A stretch of DNA of 60,043 bases, counting the filler, from Hausera hauseri (lineage: Eukaryota): the NCBI GenBank assembly GCA_046269625.1. It is 10 parts of 10 records of this genome, joined end to end, with 100 filler letters (N's around TTAATTAATTAA, not from the genome) between each part and the next. Parts side by side here need not be neighbours in the genome. Positions count along the whole stretch, not along the records: positions 10,876 to 16,431 come from JBJURY010231406.1; positions 16,532 to 23,316 come from JBJURY010065328.1; positions 23,417 to 27,746 come from JBJURY010632885.1; 7 more parts are not named here. One strand, given 5' to 3'. The position numbers and the translations under genes were made by a program. Each line of letters begins with the position of its first letter. Position 1 is the first letter of the stretch. Positions 13,440-27,176 of the stretch are shown here, one piece after another. The notes under the pieces were generated by a model that was not told the DNA's origin, did not search any database, and saw nothing but the letters and a program-made list of their open reading frames with translations.

Positions 13440-16431
13440 TTTCTTCTGAATTACTCCACCACCATTGATACCACGGACAAACCCGCCAAACCAACAATCT
13501 CCATCACTTACCTACCCAAGCAAAGTACTTCAAACACCCTGATACATCACACTCCCCACTCTTTCACCCTGCACAGAATATTTCCTCGACAGCCAAAATT
13601 CTACCCAAACATGGTTAAAACTGCATCAATTCTGGCTCCAATCACAAAACGTCGTCGACCCCTTATCCAATGCCAACAACCTGTTTTTTCATTTACCTGC
13701 TTCTATCAAAATCAAAATTACAAACATCATCGACATCCTTCATTACACCGATCCATATTCTCAATTTTATAATGCCGTTATTAAGCTCACTGAGCTGTCA
13801 ATCGATTCTGCCATTCAAAGGTTCTTTAATGACAACGCCACGGGCCTTCAGAAGCCTTCTGAATTCTTGCGCACATGTTTGTCTTACCTCAATACCCTTG
13901 GCGTAACATCTGAACATAGTCCAGAACTTCTTCGTCGTTTTTTTTTAAACGCATTGCCCCTTCAAATAAGAATTTGTTCATTGTTGTCGAAGACTCCACG
14001 GCACTGGAAAAGTTGGTCAAACTGGCCGGCAAAGCCTATGAAGTGCTGCACTCACACACAGCACCAACTGTCTCTGCGGCATTAACAACAAATCACCAAC
14101 AACAAAATGCAATGCTGTAGCAACAAATTGTGCAATTACGCACAGACAACAAAATTTTGCAAAAAGGAATTAATAACATAAACGAGAAATTAAATGAGTT
14201 AAAACTGTCATGACAAGGTTTTTCTAGGGCTGCTTCCCCTAATGTATTTTATTAACGACAAAGATGGTCGCCTTCGCCCGCGCGGTCGTCTATTTGCTAC
14301 TATAACAACAAATTTGGTAACAATGCTCAGAAATGCTGCATATGTTGTAAATTTTACACCCCCGATTTGAATTTAAGCAATATCGTCTGAATCTATCACG
14401 CAAAATTTGGAATAAAAGCACAAAAATGCCTACCTGGCTGTAACTACAACACGCACAATAAAATCAACGCTATTAAACTCACACAAAATAGTAGGCCAAA
14501 CTCACCAGCTACAAAATACTAATTTCGCCGCTAGGACACACGGCAAGTTCTAGCAAAGGCAACAACCTGCAAAAAGATAACCGACACATTTCTTTTGCTG
14601 TATTCACGTTGGAAGCAGCAGTCGTCACTCCAACAAAGCAAAACATTAATTTTCTCATAGACACTGGAGCAGCAATTTCTTTACTACCACCAACACAGCA
14701 CATTCAAAACAATTTCACTTCAAAAAAGCAACTGTTCACTGCATCCGGTGAACCTTTACAAACTTTTGGTGTTAATAAATTAACTTTTACACTTCCAAAT
14801 TTCCCAAATACAATCACTTGGAAATTTACAGTAGCCAATGTACACACACCTACATTGGGTTCAGACTTTCTGCCCCACTACAATTTACTTGTAGACTGCA
14901 AACGATGTTCCTTAAAGAGCGGAAATATTTTTAATCAAATTAGCAGAATTTTGGTGACCACCCAGGCGATCGCTTCCAGCAAGTCAAAACTGAAGAAAAC
15001 GACTTCAGATTTGAATTATTTTTATAATCATTCATTATATAGAAATTTTTATTACGGCAACAAATATTTATTTTGCCAACTGTGTGGCACCTATTACTGA
15101 TAGTACAGCTGCCAATACCATCTTTAACACGAACATCCTGCACCTAATACCACCCTGTCACACCACCTTGTCTACAACTCATACCTCAATTGCATCCAGT
15201 CGCGATGCATCGACACCATCTGGAAACTTTTCATCTTTGCCCTTTGATTTACAGCAATATATTTCGTCTTCCTGCACACGTCTATTGCAAAAGGACAAAT
15301 CATCCGTACCACCTAAATCCATCTTCCATCACATAGTAGCATCATATCAAAGGCCAATACGTCAAAAGGTCCGCCCGCTATCGCCTCGCCGCAGACAGGA
15401 AGTAAAGGCTGAGTTTCTCGAACTGAAAAATCAGGAATAATCAGAAGATCCAAATCCCCTTGGTCTTCACCACTGCATGTGGTTTCAAAAAAAGATGGTA
15501 CCTTTCGCCCATGCGGTGATTACCGCCAACTCAACATCATAACAACAGTGGATGCCTACCCTCTACCATTAATCAACGGTATCCTTCACAGGCTCCATGG
15601 TTCGACCATTTTTTCCTGAATTGATTTGCACAAAGCATACCACCAAATTCCGGTGGCCCAAGCAGACATTCCAAAAACGGCTGTCATTACACCTTTCGGC
15701 CTTTTCGAATATCTTTTCATGCCTTTTGGACTCCGTGGCGCTTCCCAAACCTTCCAAAGGCAAATTGATACAGTTCTCTCATGTGTAGACTTTCTTATCC
15801 CTATATCGATGATATCCTAATTGCATCATCTTCCTCGAAACAACACTCCGAACACTTACGTTTAATCTTCCAGCACTTGCACCATAAACAACTTGCAAAT
15901 TAATTTCTCAAATGCTCTTTTTTCAACATAAGGTCAACTTTCTAGGACATATTATTAGCTCCTCCGCACATTCACCTCAGCCAGAGCGCATCACACAGCT
16001 AAAAAACACACAGATACCATGTACATCCACAGAAGTGTTCTTTTCTCGGAACCTTGCACTTTATTCATAAGTATGTTCCACACTGCTCCACTCTAACAGC
16101 TCCATTTGCATCACTAAGCTCTGGCAAGAAGAAACAGCCTATTCAATTGACCGCCAATTTAGTCAATGTTTTCAATCACCTCAAAGACAATTTAAAAACT
16201 GTGGAGATCCTGGCCTATCCCGACTCCCATGCAGAACTTTTCTTAACCACGGATGCATCCACAACAGCTGCAGGTGCTGTCTTCCATCAAGTCCAAAATG
16301 GATCCCATGAACTATTAGAATTCTTTTCTCAAAAATTCACGGCACAAGAGAAAAGATATTCCACCTTTGACCGAGAGTTGCTTGCAATGGTCCTTGCCGT
16401 AAAACACTTTAAGCATCTGCTAACCGCACGA
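13440..16431 (+). mobile_element. Ty3/gypsy (CsRn1-like) gag-PR-RT-RNaseH, decayed, cut by contig end
   Basis: Gag with two CHCC-type knuckles, LIDTGA protease, MPFGL/YIDD RT, TTDAS RNase H. Confidence 0.92.
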
Positions 16432-17109
16432 NNNNNNNNNNNNNNNNNNNNNNNNNNNNNNNNNNNNNNNNNNNNTTAATTAATTAANNNNNNNNNNNNN
16501 NNNNNNNNNNNNNNNNNNNNNNNNNNNNNNNAGGCAGAATACCAAGAAATAGTAGTAATGGATGGCTTTCTGTGACTGACCTAGAAGAGAGTCAACAGCA
16601 GAGATGATTGAGGACACCAGGAATCGCAAGAGGAGGAGATTCCTGATGACATACACTTCACAGCATGGCACCTGATGATGATGATGAAAATAAATGTCTT
16701 GATTCTTGCCTAAGCCTTCATATTCTTAGTTATGTGATTTTTATTAATACAGCTGTATTTTCTCATAAGATTGTGACCATTAGAGGTCAGTGATTGGCCC
16801 CTCTGAGATCTGTATCCTGAGTAATTATTAGAAGGACTGGCTCAGTTTGCTTGGTGTTAAAATGAACAATTGCTTTTCGGTGCATAACTGAAATCAGATT
16901 TATTGGACATTTTTGTCTCATTTTTCCAACAGAATATTGTTTGTTTTGTTTTCAACATTCTAGTTGTGGACACAGGGTTTGTCAAACTGAAGGCATATAA
17001 CCCCAAGTCAGGAATCGGTAAGTAACAAGCAGTTTAGAAAGCCAGAGTTGTTTTTTTTCCCTTAACTTAGGCTGTCATACAATTTGAGTTCCCTGTGAAC
17101 TGGGTGTGA

Positions 17110-17170
17110 GATTGGCCAAGTGGTTAGACATTTGATCTCTCATAAAAGTCCTAAGTTCAGTCTGCAACTG
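17110..17170 (+). repeat. degenerate tRNA-derived SINE-like head
   Basis: tggccaagtggttaga A-box-like and gttca remnant; similar to the reverse complement of ~390-450. Confidence 0.3.
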
Positions 17171-17473
17171 ACAAGTCCTAGTAAGGTGGCAAGTCATAGT
17201 GATAGCTACATCACATTTTTATGTGCCTTTACAGTGACTAATAAATAATATGGTCCAAATTGTCAAAGCCATGTGTGCAAAGGGGCACTTACAGTGATTA
17301 ACTCTGTTTTTCTGGTCAGAAATAACCTTTATTTATGTAGTATAAATACCTCCTTATGTAGTATGTCAGTGTCCCCTGGTGTTCATGATGACAAAATACA
17401 GGCAAAAAGTATAGGGCCTATATTAAATCACACAGGTGGATGATGAAAATGAAGGAGACATTTTACATTACGA

Positions 17474-18605
17474 ATGAAAAGGAAAGAAGCTGATATTATC
17501 CCAAAAAGTTTACGAACCGAAGTGCTGATGTCAGAATATGATTCATACTTAGCGGGACATATGTCTTGGAAGAAAACGTTAGAAAGAATAATGAATAAAT
17601 ACTTTTGGCCTAGCATTTATATTGATGTGAAAAATTGGGTAAATGCTTGCGAAGTATGTGCAACTAAACAGAAAAAGACGAAAAACTATATGGCCGAGTT
17701 AAAACCAATTGACGTGCCCGATAGGCCCATACAGGCCATGTCAATGGATATCGTAGGACCTCTTCCTACGACTTATAAGAACAATAAGTATATCTTAACA
17801 TGCATTGATCGCCTAACTCATTTTGTCAAATTGATCGCATTGATATATCAAAAGGCCGAAACCTTGGCAAAAGCTGTTGTATAGAGAATTATTTGTCGAT
17901 ACGGGCCCCCAGATCAGATACTCACGTATAGAGGAAAAAATTTTACCAGTGAATTATTTAAGAAAATCACCAAAATATTTAAATTGAGAGATTAACAACC
18001 ACTGCATATCATCCTCAATGTAATTGAATGGTCGAACGGATGATTGCTACTGCCATACGTATATTATCAACAGTAGTTGCAAAAGATCAAAAAGATTTGG
18101 ATGAATTCTTAGAAGGAACTCAATTCGCCATCAATACCACACCACATCCAGTGACAGGATTCACACCATTTTTCATGATGTATGGACGTGCAGCCGTGTT
18201 ACCCACGGACTTAGGAATGATGCCATACACAATTAAGACCGAAGATTTAGAACAGAATTTCGCAGAAGTGTTACAAACGTGATTGAAAAAGTGTTGGGAA
18301 ATCGCTAAGGAACTATCCCAAGAATATCAAAAACCGTTTAAGAAGCAATATGATAAGAGAGCTAAACCGCACGATATAGAACAAGGAAATTGGGTTTATG
18401 TGCATTACCCAGTTGCTAAAAAGGGCACCTCACTAAAATTGACTCTTACAGGCAGAGGACCGTACGAAGTTACAAAGGTTACGCCAACTACAGTATATAT
18501 TAACAAGAATGGAAAAGAAGACGTCATATCAGTGCAGAGAGTTGTCAAGACAGAATACGATCCAATAAACGTTATAATTTACACCAACGTGAAGCGAAAA
18601 CTTAG
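17474..18605 (+). pseudogene. gypsy integrase (zinc-binding, core, GPY/F), frameshifted
   Basis: GH..KKT..KYFWP..CEVC, SMDIVGPLP, MVER, RGPYEV. Confidence 0.9.
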
Positions 18606-19983
18606 TCAATAGTAGCCAGACCAATCTTATATGTTCAGATAGTTTTAGCATTATCGTTGATTGCTTTTTGCATTCCGAGAACGCAAGCAAAAGGGTGGCA
18701 CGACGGATTTGCTACAGAAAAAAAACCACCAATTGGAGGAATTCAAAGATTATTACAATCAATGTCAATTCATTTCTATTCGTCAAACTCTACATGAGTC
18801 GGGTTCAGGGCTCAGAAACCACACCACGATTTTGAAAGATTCCAAATCATCCTAGACAATATAATGACAGAAGAAACCAAAAACTGTGATTTCAAACACG
18901 GAGAGTATACGAAATTCTGCGACGTAGATTTCGGACGTGCCTACGACCTCACTTATCAAATGTACGTACCAAGTTTATCTAAAGTTTATGAAATAAAGCC
19001 GCCATTTTAACTAATTATCCCTACACGAGACAAAAACCATGGAAAAGAACTGAACGAAATGCTGCAATATACTGATCCCGGTATAAAATTGTTAGATAAG
19101 AATATTTAGAGAATTGCTGTTGACCAGGCAAGATAATGCATCCAAGTAGATACCCGCATAGAATTAACAGATAGTCGAGAAATTAGTATCAGATTCGAAG
19201 CAACAACTGGACCGACCCCGGAAATAGAGTATTGCTCCATTCGTGCAGGTGTACAACATCCCTGCTGCAAACTGCCGGCGAACCAAGATTTCAGAATAAG
19301 ATTTGACTTATACGAGGTGCGACCAAATAAGCCAAGCATGCAATTACGCACTTACTATCCAGAAAATAAGATTTGGTAAATTTCAGTGGAAACCACGATA
19401 AATAAAGCTAGTCGAACTCTTACCTCAAACGACGTACCTAAAGTAGAGTTTGAAAATATACCTATCAAATTTTCGGCCCACCGGTATAAGATCGTGTTCT
19501 TCGTGGAGGAAAAACAAAATTACGATATATATAAGTTGTCGAATCACATATAATAAGCAAATGGTAACACTATTTAAAAGTACTTATCAAGCAGAGTGAA
19601 ATTTACTGAAACCACAATCTTAATACATAGTACAAGTGTATGCAGAGAACAAAACAACCCAAACAATTACATTGCATAATTTAGCTGAAATTCATGCGAA
19701 ACCTCACGCACGCGAAGATATAGACGACGAACTTACAAAATCAATTGCTGCTGGAGCACCACTAAGATTAACTGCTTTATCAGTTGCATCTATTGCAGTA
19801 CTGTCAACCTTTGTTCTGATTATATTAATTGCGATTTTTCGACTAGTTACCAAAAACTGTTATTCTAAGCGTCATAAAAATTCAGAATGGGAACTAAGGG
19901 AATTGGAGAACCCCGTAGATCCATATGATAAAATAACCTGTCAATTACAGATCAGGTTATTCTGTCATCAAACAAAGAATTGA
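18606..19983 (+). pseudogene. accessory type-I membrane protein (ORF-A), copy 1
   Basis: Signal-like SIVARPILYVQIVLALSLIAFCIP; YC-x9-CC motif; TM LSVASIAVLSTFVLIILIAIF; tail ELENPVDPYD. Confidence 0.7.
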
Positions 19984-20040
19984 TTTTGGTTTAAAGCCAT
20001 CCTTTGTTTTAAGATTAACCTTTATGTTTTTTTTGTTCAG

Positions 20041-22540
20041 ATTGGTAAGTAATCATACCCAGATGAATCCGAACTGACTTAGAATCGACACCGAATAAAC
20101 TACGAGCCAATTTAGAATCGACACCGAGAACGCTACAAGTCGACTTAGCATCGACGAATTTTTACAGAAATATGTGACAGTACAAACCCCAAATTCAAAG
20201 GCCATTTATAGGCCAATCAATACCGAATTACAAGGAAAGAACTTTGTTTAATACGGGAAAGTTGGTGAAATCCCAAATGGGTTAAAAGGGACAACCGAAG
20301 AAGCCAGAGCAGTATACTTGTACGCATGGAGAGAGGACAAAGATGTAGGGCATACCTATTCAGACAAATCACTCAATATCAAACAGATAAAAAACAGAAG
20401 AAATACGTACACCTAGCCGACGGAGAAATTTATTATAGGCAAATCCGGTTTAGCACCTTCGTATTAGACAGTAGGAACTTCCACAATTATGAGCTAGAAT
20501 TTCGCGTAGCTTCCTTACCAAAATGATGATCGAAACAACGGAAGAAGAAGTAATACCTGTCTCATTGCCGCCCTTAGAATTCAGGCAAAGGCCCTCGAAA
20601 GAAGAACATGGCACACATCTACATTCGTTTAGATTGGTAACCGATGAAAGAAACCTCAGATTTGTCGCAATAAATTATGGGGAAGAAGAAGGAAATTATA
20701 TTCCGATCGAAATATCCATCCGAGAAGAAAACGGGGCCCAAGTCTATTCGAAAATCATTAACCCGAGAAAGAAAGTGCAAGAAACTTATGCGGAAGTTAC
20801 CGGGATTAAAAGAGAACAATTGAATCATGGAAAGGATTCCAAGTTAGTGCAACAAGAAGTAGCACAATGCCTCTATGGATACGTCTTAGTGGGATATCAA
20901 GTAGAGAGGATGATGAAGAAATTAGCCATACCGGTAACGTATATGGCCGGAGTGAGAGAGATAGAAACCCACCCGACTATTATGAGACAAATGGGAATTA
21001 AAGTTGAAGAAAGAAGGAATCATCTACCACTGACCGTGGAAGGCCGTTTTAAGTTAATGATAGAAGCCACGACCGAGGAAATATAAAAATAAGCAGATTG
21101 CTAACCGCAAATCAAAGATCCCAATATCTAAGGGATAGAAATGTTGGATTAAAGTGCGAACATGAATGGATTCCCAGCAACCCCGGACAAAATCTACAAA
21201 ATTTCCCCGAAATCGAAGAACTCAGCTCACGATACTGTAAACATTTTCGCCCATACTCTCCACCCAGGTATGTCAAAATTAAACCCGAATGGAACTACCA
21301 AATAGCTATACAAGGATTGAAAACGGAGAAAACAGAGAATAAAGTACGTACAGAAGAACAACCCAGTACAACTTATGGCGCCTCAGCGAATAATAATATA
21401 TTTAAGATACCAGAAGTACCTCGGAAATACATAGAAGAAACAAAACCGGAAAAACAACAAAAAGGAAAACCTCCTTTTTCGATTACTTATTCAAGAAGAA
21501 AAGTAAAGAAGGGAAAAAAGGACCGAAAAAAGAACCCAGATCAAACAGAAAAAATTCAAAGTCAAAACAACCAGCAGAAGAAACCTTAAAACCAGATGTG
21601 CGGTCCCGCATTGAGAAGTCTAAGGAAAAACCAAGCAAACGGGAAGAACAAATAACCGAAATATACGTCTTACAAAAGAAAACATCCACGGAAGATGTTC
21701 ACTACACCACTAAGGCAGACTACCCCAGAATGCTAATAGCCACAGAATATTATAGCAAACAAAATATTAAAGAGGCAATGTTTTTTGTCAAACTAATGCC
21801 TGCCAGACAAGTTTATGAGAACACTTATGTCTGGGAAAATCCTAAGATCGGAAAATACGTTGCCCCGATATTTCAGTCCAAACGGAATGGTAAAATCTTA
21901 GTCCCTGTAGATAAGTCAGTTAAGCTGCTGCTAAAGAAACAGTACCAAAAGTACCGGTAGACTGGTAAAGTTCCCGATTTAGATCGAGATACTATCAGCG
22001 ATTGGACCTTAATAGCCGTTGGATGCGATCCCAAGAAAAGCTCGATAAACCCGAAGCAAAAAAGAATTTATGCCTACTTATATCAAGATGAGGAAGGATT
22101 GATAGTAGAGCTTATTGAAATTATATTAAGAATGGATCTAGATGACGAAAATTGGGTGAGAGGAAAACGAATGTTCCGTATGTGAGGCAAATCTGAAGCA
22201 GGGATATTTAGTGTTAAATAACACCGACTGCCGGGACAAGTATTGCATAGACTGCCTAGAGAAATTGACGTTGGATAATGGAAGGATTACATGTCCAGTA
22301 TGCCGAGCTGAAACTGCTGACTTGAAGTACTACTCAAACGGCAGTTATACCAGAATCTTTAAAATAAAGCCCTACCATAGCTATGAACTCGAAAAAAATC
22401 CCAGAGAAGATCAACCAAGTACCAGTTTTGGACCTAGTCTGAGAAGACGAATGAAAATGTTGCGTTCGCCAAGACCTAACGGCACCTCTTCTGACGCAAT
22501 GGGCACATCCAATGATGCCGTTCAGGGAGAAGAAATGTGA
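20041..22540 (+). pseudogene. accessory ORF-B, copy 1: DEDDh-exonuclease-like domain (substituted active site), basic linker, unknown domain X, RING finger
   Basis: FVAINYG..PIEISI..G..VYSKIINP..VTGI..LVGY..VREI matches the REX4/ISG20-type pattern; CSVC..C.D.YCIDC..CPVC at ~22170-22305. Confidence 0.72.
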
Positions 22541-23041
22541 TAAATAGCCTCTAGATAGAAAAATAGTTATCAGACAATGGGTTGTAAGTAATTAATTAGG
22601 TTGATTATGTACAGAAACAATTGTAATGCATTTTAAATGAATTCCTTGAAATCCATTCAACCAACAAATAAAGAAAAAATTGAATTATTTAGTGAAAGGG
22701 TTCATATAATGTATAAAACACAGGACAATTTTATGTCAAATGATTGAAAATTCAAAATCAAATAAATAAGTGATGAAACTGAGAGTATATAAAGAGATGA
22801 AGTTGGCGAAGAGATCAGAAGAAAATTGCAGTGTATGAATACGAAAAATTGTGGTTCAAACCCTAAACTGATTATTGATTTTTTCCTTGTGTGCTTCTAA
22901 TTCGAGTGTACTCAGAAATTGTATTGCGTATGGCGATTAAAGTTTTCTTGGTAAATTTCTTTATTTAAAACTATATAGTTTCCTTCGCCCCTTAAGGGTG
23001 ATTAGACGACAATAAGGTTAACGTTCTACTTAAAATATACA
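22536..23041 (+). repeat. putative 3' LTR of copy 1
   Basis: TGT start directly after purine tract agggagaagaaa (22524-22535); internal TATATAAA and AATAAA; candidate ACA end at 23041 (uncertain, no partner LTR). Confidence 0.45.
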
Positions 23042-23479
23042 GTTAAGAGAGAGATTTTGAAACCGTTGGCACAGGACCACACGCATATACCCGCACAGTG
23101 ATTTTAAAATTGTTAAGGTACATTCTGTCTACACAATAACGGTAGACCGAACCGCATAGCAAATAAACTTCAATTGAAACTTACTGTTATATAGTGGGAG
23201 ACGGATAGGAGCCACCCCAATATATAACAAATAAATTTTGATTTCATTCTACTATATAAATTATATAAATGAAATTAATATTTGTTCCATAGACTTGGTT
23301 TTTATGAAGCTATTTTNNNNNNNNNNNNNNNNNNNNNNNNNNNNNNNNNNNNNNNNNNNNTTAATTAATTAANNNNNNNNNNNNNNNNNNNNNNNNNNNN
23401 NNNNNNNNNNNNNNNNCTGTGAGAATGGATTATTAAGTTGAATGCCTTTTATAAGTACAAAGGTGACTAATGAGCCAAG

Positions 23480-24000
23480 TGCGTGAAATATGGCCAGGGA
23501 TTGTCCCTTCCAGGTGAAGATTTCAATTTGGACCTTCTCTAGCCTGTCTCCGCGGATTTTGTTCTAGAGTTCTCACACGTTTTTGCATCCTTTCGAAGAG
23601 AGCGCTCCATGCAGTTTAGTCTTGTAACAGTTTTATGTCAAAGGCTTTAAAAACGTTTCTTTCGGCCACCATGTGACCGTTTACAATTCTTCTTCACAGA
23701 AGAGCACTTTAGGCAGCCGATGGTCTGTCACGAGAACTGCATCACCTGCCAATCGAATCCGTCATCGAATCAGAATAGTCTTCGTGCAAGATGCCAGATT
23801 GTCAAAAATAACATTATCTGGGAGGTGAATCTATTAACAATGATCAGTTTCACAGCATTCGCGTTGATGGCTGGGTCAGTATAAATTTTGTTCGGTCCAT
23901 GTTTCAGTGGAGGCACGGCTGACATGTAGACCATCATTGTTTCCTGAAGAATTACACCATTCCGATGTTAAACACTGGATGAATTGGCTATGAATATCTT
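23480..24000 (-). mobile_element. non-LTR retrotransposon (RTE-like) 3' remnant
   Basis: Decayed RLAGDAV..DHRLPKVLF..KKRF, resembling the RTE ORF2 C-terminal RWAGHV..DxRLPK motif. Confidence 0.55.
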
Positions 24001-25719
24001 GTCATCTTTATTAACAAAGTTCTGAACAGTTTGCTATCAAGGTAAGTGAATCTATTTACAATGATCAGTTTCATGAATTAATGTACGGTAATAGTTCCAT
24101 CCCTTAGAGTTTTTTACAAAATTTGTCATTGAACTAGCTGTTTTCTTTTTAAATAAGAACAAAAGTAAGGCGTAAAACAAATATGAACAAAAATTTATTA
24201 ATATATACAAATTAAAATCTTCTTCTGATTGAAGCCAACTATCATCCCCCATTTTCCTTAAGTTACAAATTAAGGAGACTGAGACCATTTTTCCATCTGC
24301 GTTGAAAATTTTCACTTTGTCATTTGTTGCGTTGCACGGTGCACAAACTGAACTGCCACAGTCGATAAAGCAGTTTATACATTGCTTGCACTGAAAATCC
24401 TGTTGTCCACGTTTTCAGTTAATTTAAATTGTCATTTGAATATTTCTTGACAACTGCAACAATCTGATATATTTTTCAACATGTTGGACACTATTTCTTC
24501 TGCGTCATCCAATTGATAAAGCAGCTGAGGCAAAATTGATGGACACAGATATCCATTCGGATAGTTGTTGATGTAGAATCATCAAAACATATGGCGCAGA
24601 ACATTGGTAAATTATCACAAATGTACATATGTACTGTATTTTATATTTTATTATCTGAGAACACCATCAATAGAAATCATACAATAGAAATTAAGACACA
24701 CATGCATGTGAAGTTCATCTTACCAATGTGCGTATACATGTGCAACAACAACCCTTCATGTAATGTCCTGGCCATATAATTCTTAATTTTAAGTATAATG
24801 TGTGTATGTATTCAACAAAGCTCCTTCATACGACGTTGTAGTTATAAAAGTGTTATGTTCATAACGTAAGTGTGTGTTATAAAACAGTTTTTCTTTTTTC
24901 TTAATCATATCCATAAGATTGAAAACAACATTAAAATAAAACTTAATTTCAACTGAAAAAATTCCAGACACGTAGTGCCTGACATGTTACATTAAATTAC
25001 ATAATAATATTATTATATAATATATGCCCAATTAATTAAACCGAGAAGAACAGTTCTTACACTTTCTTCATCAGAGCCATGAGATTGGCTGTTTACATAT
25101 TTGAAAATCGTTTTTATATATTTTTGGATCGCCATGTCACTGACTCAATGACTATGCAAATTATATATATGGTTATTTTTATAAAAAAACTGGAATAAAA
25201 ACACGTTTTGAAGGCATTTTATTTCAAATTGGAGACACCTATGATAATGCGGTTTACACCATTCTAAAGTATGCTTACCCGACATTAAAGTTGTTCGTAA
25301 AAAATTTACATGGGACTATTATTCTTACGTGTATAACGTCTCAAAGTTGATGGAAATACGTTTCTGATGGAATTCCCTCAAAATAACGTACGCGTTTTGT
25401 TGTACCGCAAACCTTTTTGGATGAAAACTGATATGTGGATGATTTTTTACCCACGTGTGTATTACTTATATAGAAAAAAGAACTTGAAAATATTGATTTT
25501 CTGAGAGATAGAAAATTATTATGCTAGCATGTTTTTACGGAAATCTATGAAAATGTAATATATCTAAAAATAGAAACAGTGCACTCTGGCAGTATTGCTG
25601 GGTTTTCAGCATTAGCGTCGATGNNNNNNNNNNTTACCTCTGCGTTTATCAGAGGGTTATCTCGAGGGCTGTCCACAAGGGTTAACTAGAGACAATCTCT
25701 CTCGAGGGGACCGGCAGGC

Positions 25720-26610
25720 TATGAGGAATGTTGTCAAAGTCACAAAGATCCATCGTGCCCTATCATTTAACCAATCTGTGGTTGCAGCCTTACATAGATT
25801 TCAACACGCAGCTTAGGATCAATGCCAAAAATGACTTCGAAAAGGACCAATTTAAGTTGTATAACAACTCGGTCTTTGGCAAAACGATGGAGAACATCCG
25901 CAACAGGATAAATATCAAGTTGGGATACAACTGGAAAAGGGTAAAGAAGCTCATTGCCAAGCCCAACTTCCATTCCAGTACAATCTACACAGAAAACCTT
26001 GTGAACATACATATACTCAAGATATCTGTGGAGTTTAACAAGCCGATCTATGTCCGGATGTCAATCCTGGACTTGTCAAAGACCTTGATGTGTGATTTTC
26101 ATTACAACATCAAGGTCCCCAAGTTTCAGGAGCCGCAGCTGATGTACATGGATACTAATTCATTCATTTATCACATCCATACGGAAGAACTGTTTGCGGA
26201 CTTTGCTCAATTGGCGCAGCACATGAATACCTCAGACTAACGATCATACAAATTAATCAACCGCCAACAAGAAGGTCCTCGGGAAGTTTAAAGACGAGGC
26301 GAATTGGCCGCTCATCGCCCGTTTCGTGGCGTTGAAGTCAAAAATGTACGCCATCGATGTAAGTGGCAGGGTAAAGAAGCGGGCCAAGGGAGTTCAAAGG
26401 GCCACATTAGCTAAAGACATAGGCTTTGTAGATTTTAGAGAGTGTTGTGGGAACAAACTCGCATAGTCAGTGTGATGAAGAGGATCCAGTTTCGGGAACA
26501 TCAGATTGCTACGGTTGTGCTGCGGAAGAAAATCCTCGACTGGTTCGATGACAAGAGACACATTCTTGAAGATGGAATCAGCACGCTGCCTCGTGGACAT
26601 GCTGCACTGA
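25720..26610 (+). mobile_element. Polinton/Maverick-type protein-primed family-B DNA polymerase, C-terminal fragment (pseudogenised)
   Basis: WLQPYIDFNT..KLYNNSVFGKTMEN, KPIY..SILDLSK, YMDTNS (YxDTDS variant), GKFKDE, LKSKMY, KRAKGV. Confidence 0.88.
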
Positions 26611-26887
26611 TGTAAATGTGCACATTATTGTTGTACTTATTTGACATAAGTTGTATTTTTATGCCAATAAATGTTTGTTATAAAAATTGTCTCGAGTTTT
26701 TGATAAAGTAATGTGGGCGTGGTGGGGAAAGGCAGAATAAAATTAATTAATACTATATAGGTTAAGGTCAAGTAAAAATAACTAAAGAGTATGTAAGGCC
26801 AAGTAATTTATACACGTACACATAAAAATCAATAATCGATGCAGTGCTTCATTACTTGCAACATCATTTCATAATTTCAAAATACTA

Positions 26888-27176
26888 ATGGTCAGCGTGT
26901 GCACAATTTGTCTGGAAGACATTACGGAGAAAATGCATAAGGATGGCGAGTTGCGAGAAGCACACATTTTGCATCGACGGCCTGAAAGAATGGTTACGCC
27001 ACAAAATGTGCTGCCCCACATACGGGACAGAATGTGTTTATGTTGTCGTGCAAGACGTCGGCGACGAAATGATTTTTGTGACAATCGCGCGGTGCATAGT
27101 GACAATGAATAGTTGTGGCAATGTATGGCTTACCGACAGTGATGATGATACTGACAGTGATGCAACAGTTATATAA
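26888..27176 (+). pseudogene. small RING-finger ORF (frameshifted) downstream of polB
   Basis: CTICLE / C.KHTFCID.LKEWL..CCP split across two frames; acidic tail. Confidence 0.65.

Larger units (their letters stand above)
17440..23041 (+). mobile_element. complex Ty3/gypsy element, copy 1 (IN, membrane ORF, pseudo-exonuclease/X/RING ORF, putative 3' LTR), decayed
   Basis: Integrase motifs followed by cargo colinear and homologous with 55381-60043 (-). Confidence 0.88.

Noticed and set aside
24050-24620. Cys-rich remnant (CKQCINC..C..C), possibly a DNA-transposon protein
   Set aside because: Too degraded to assign.
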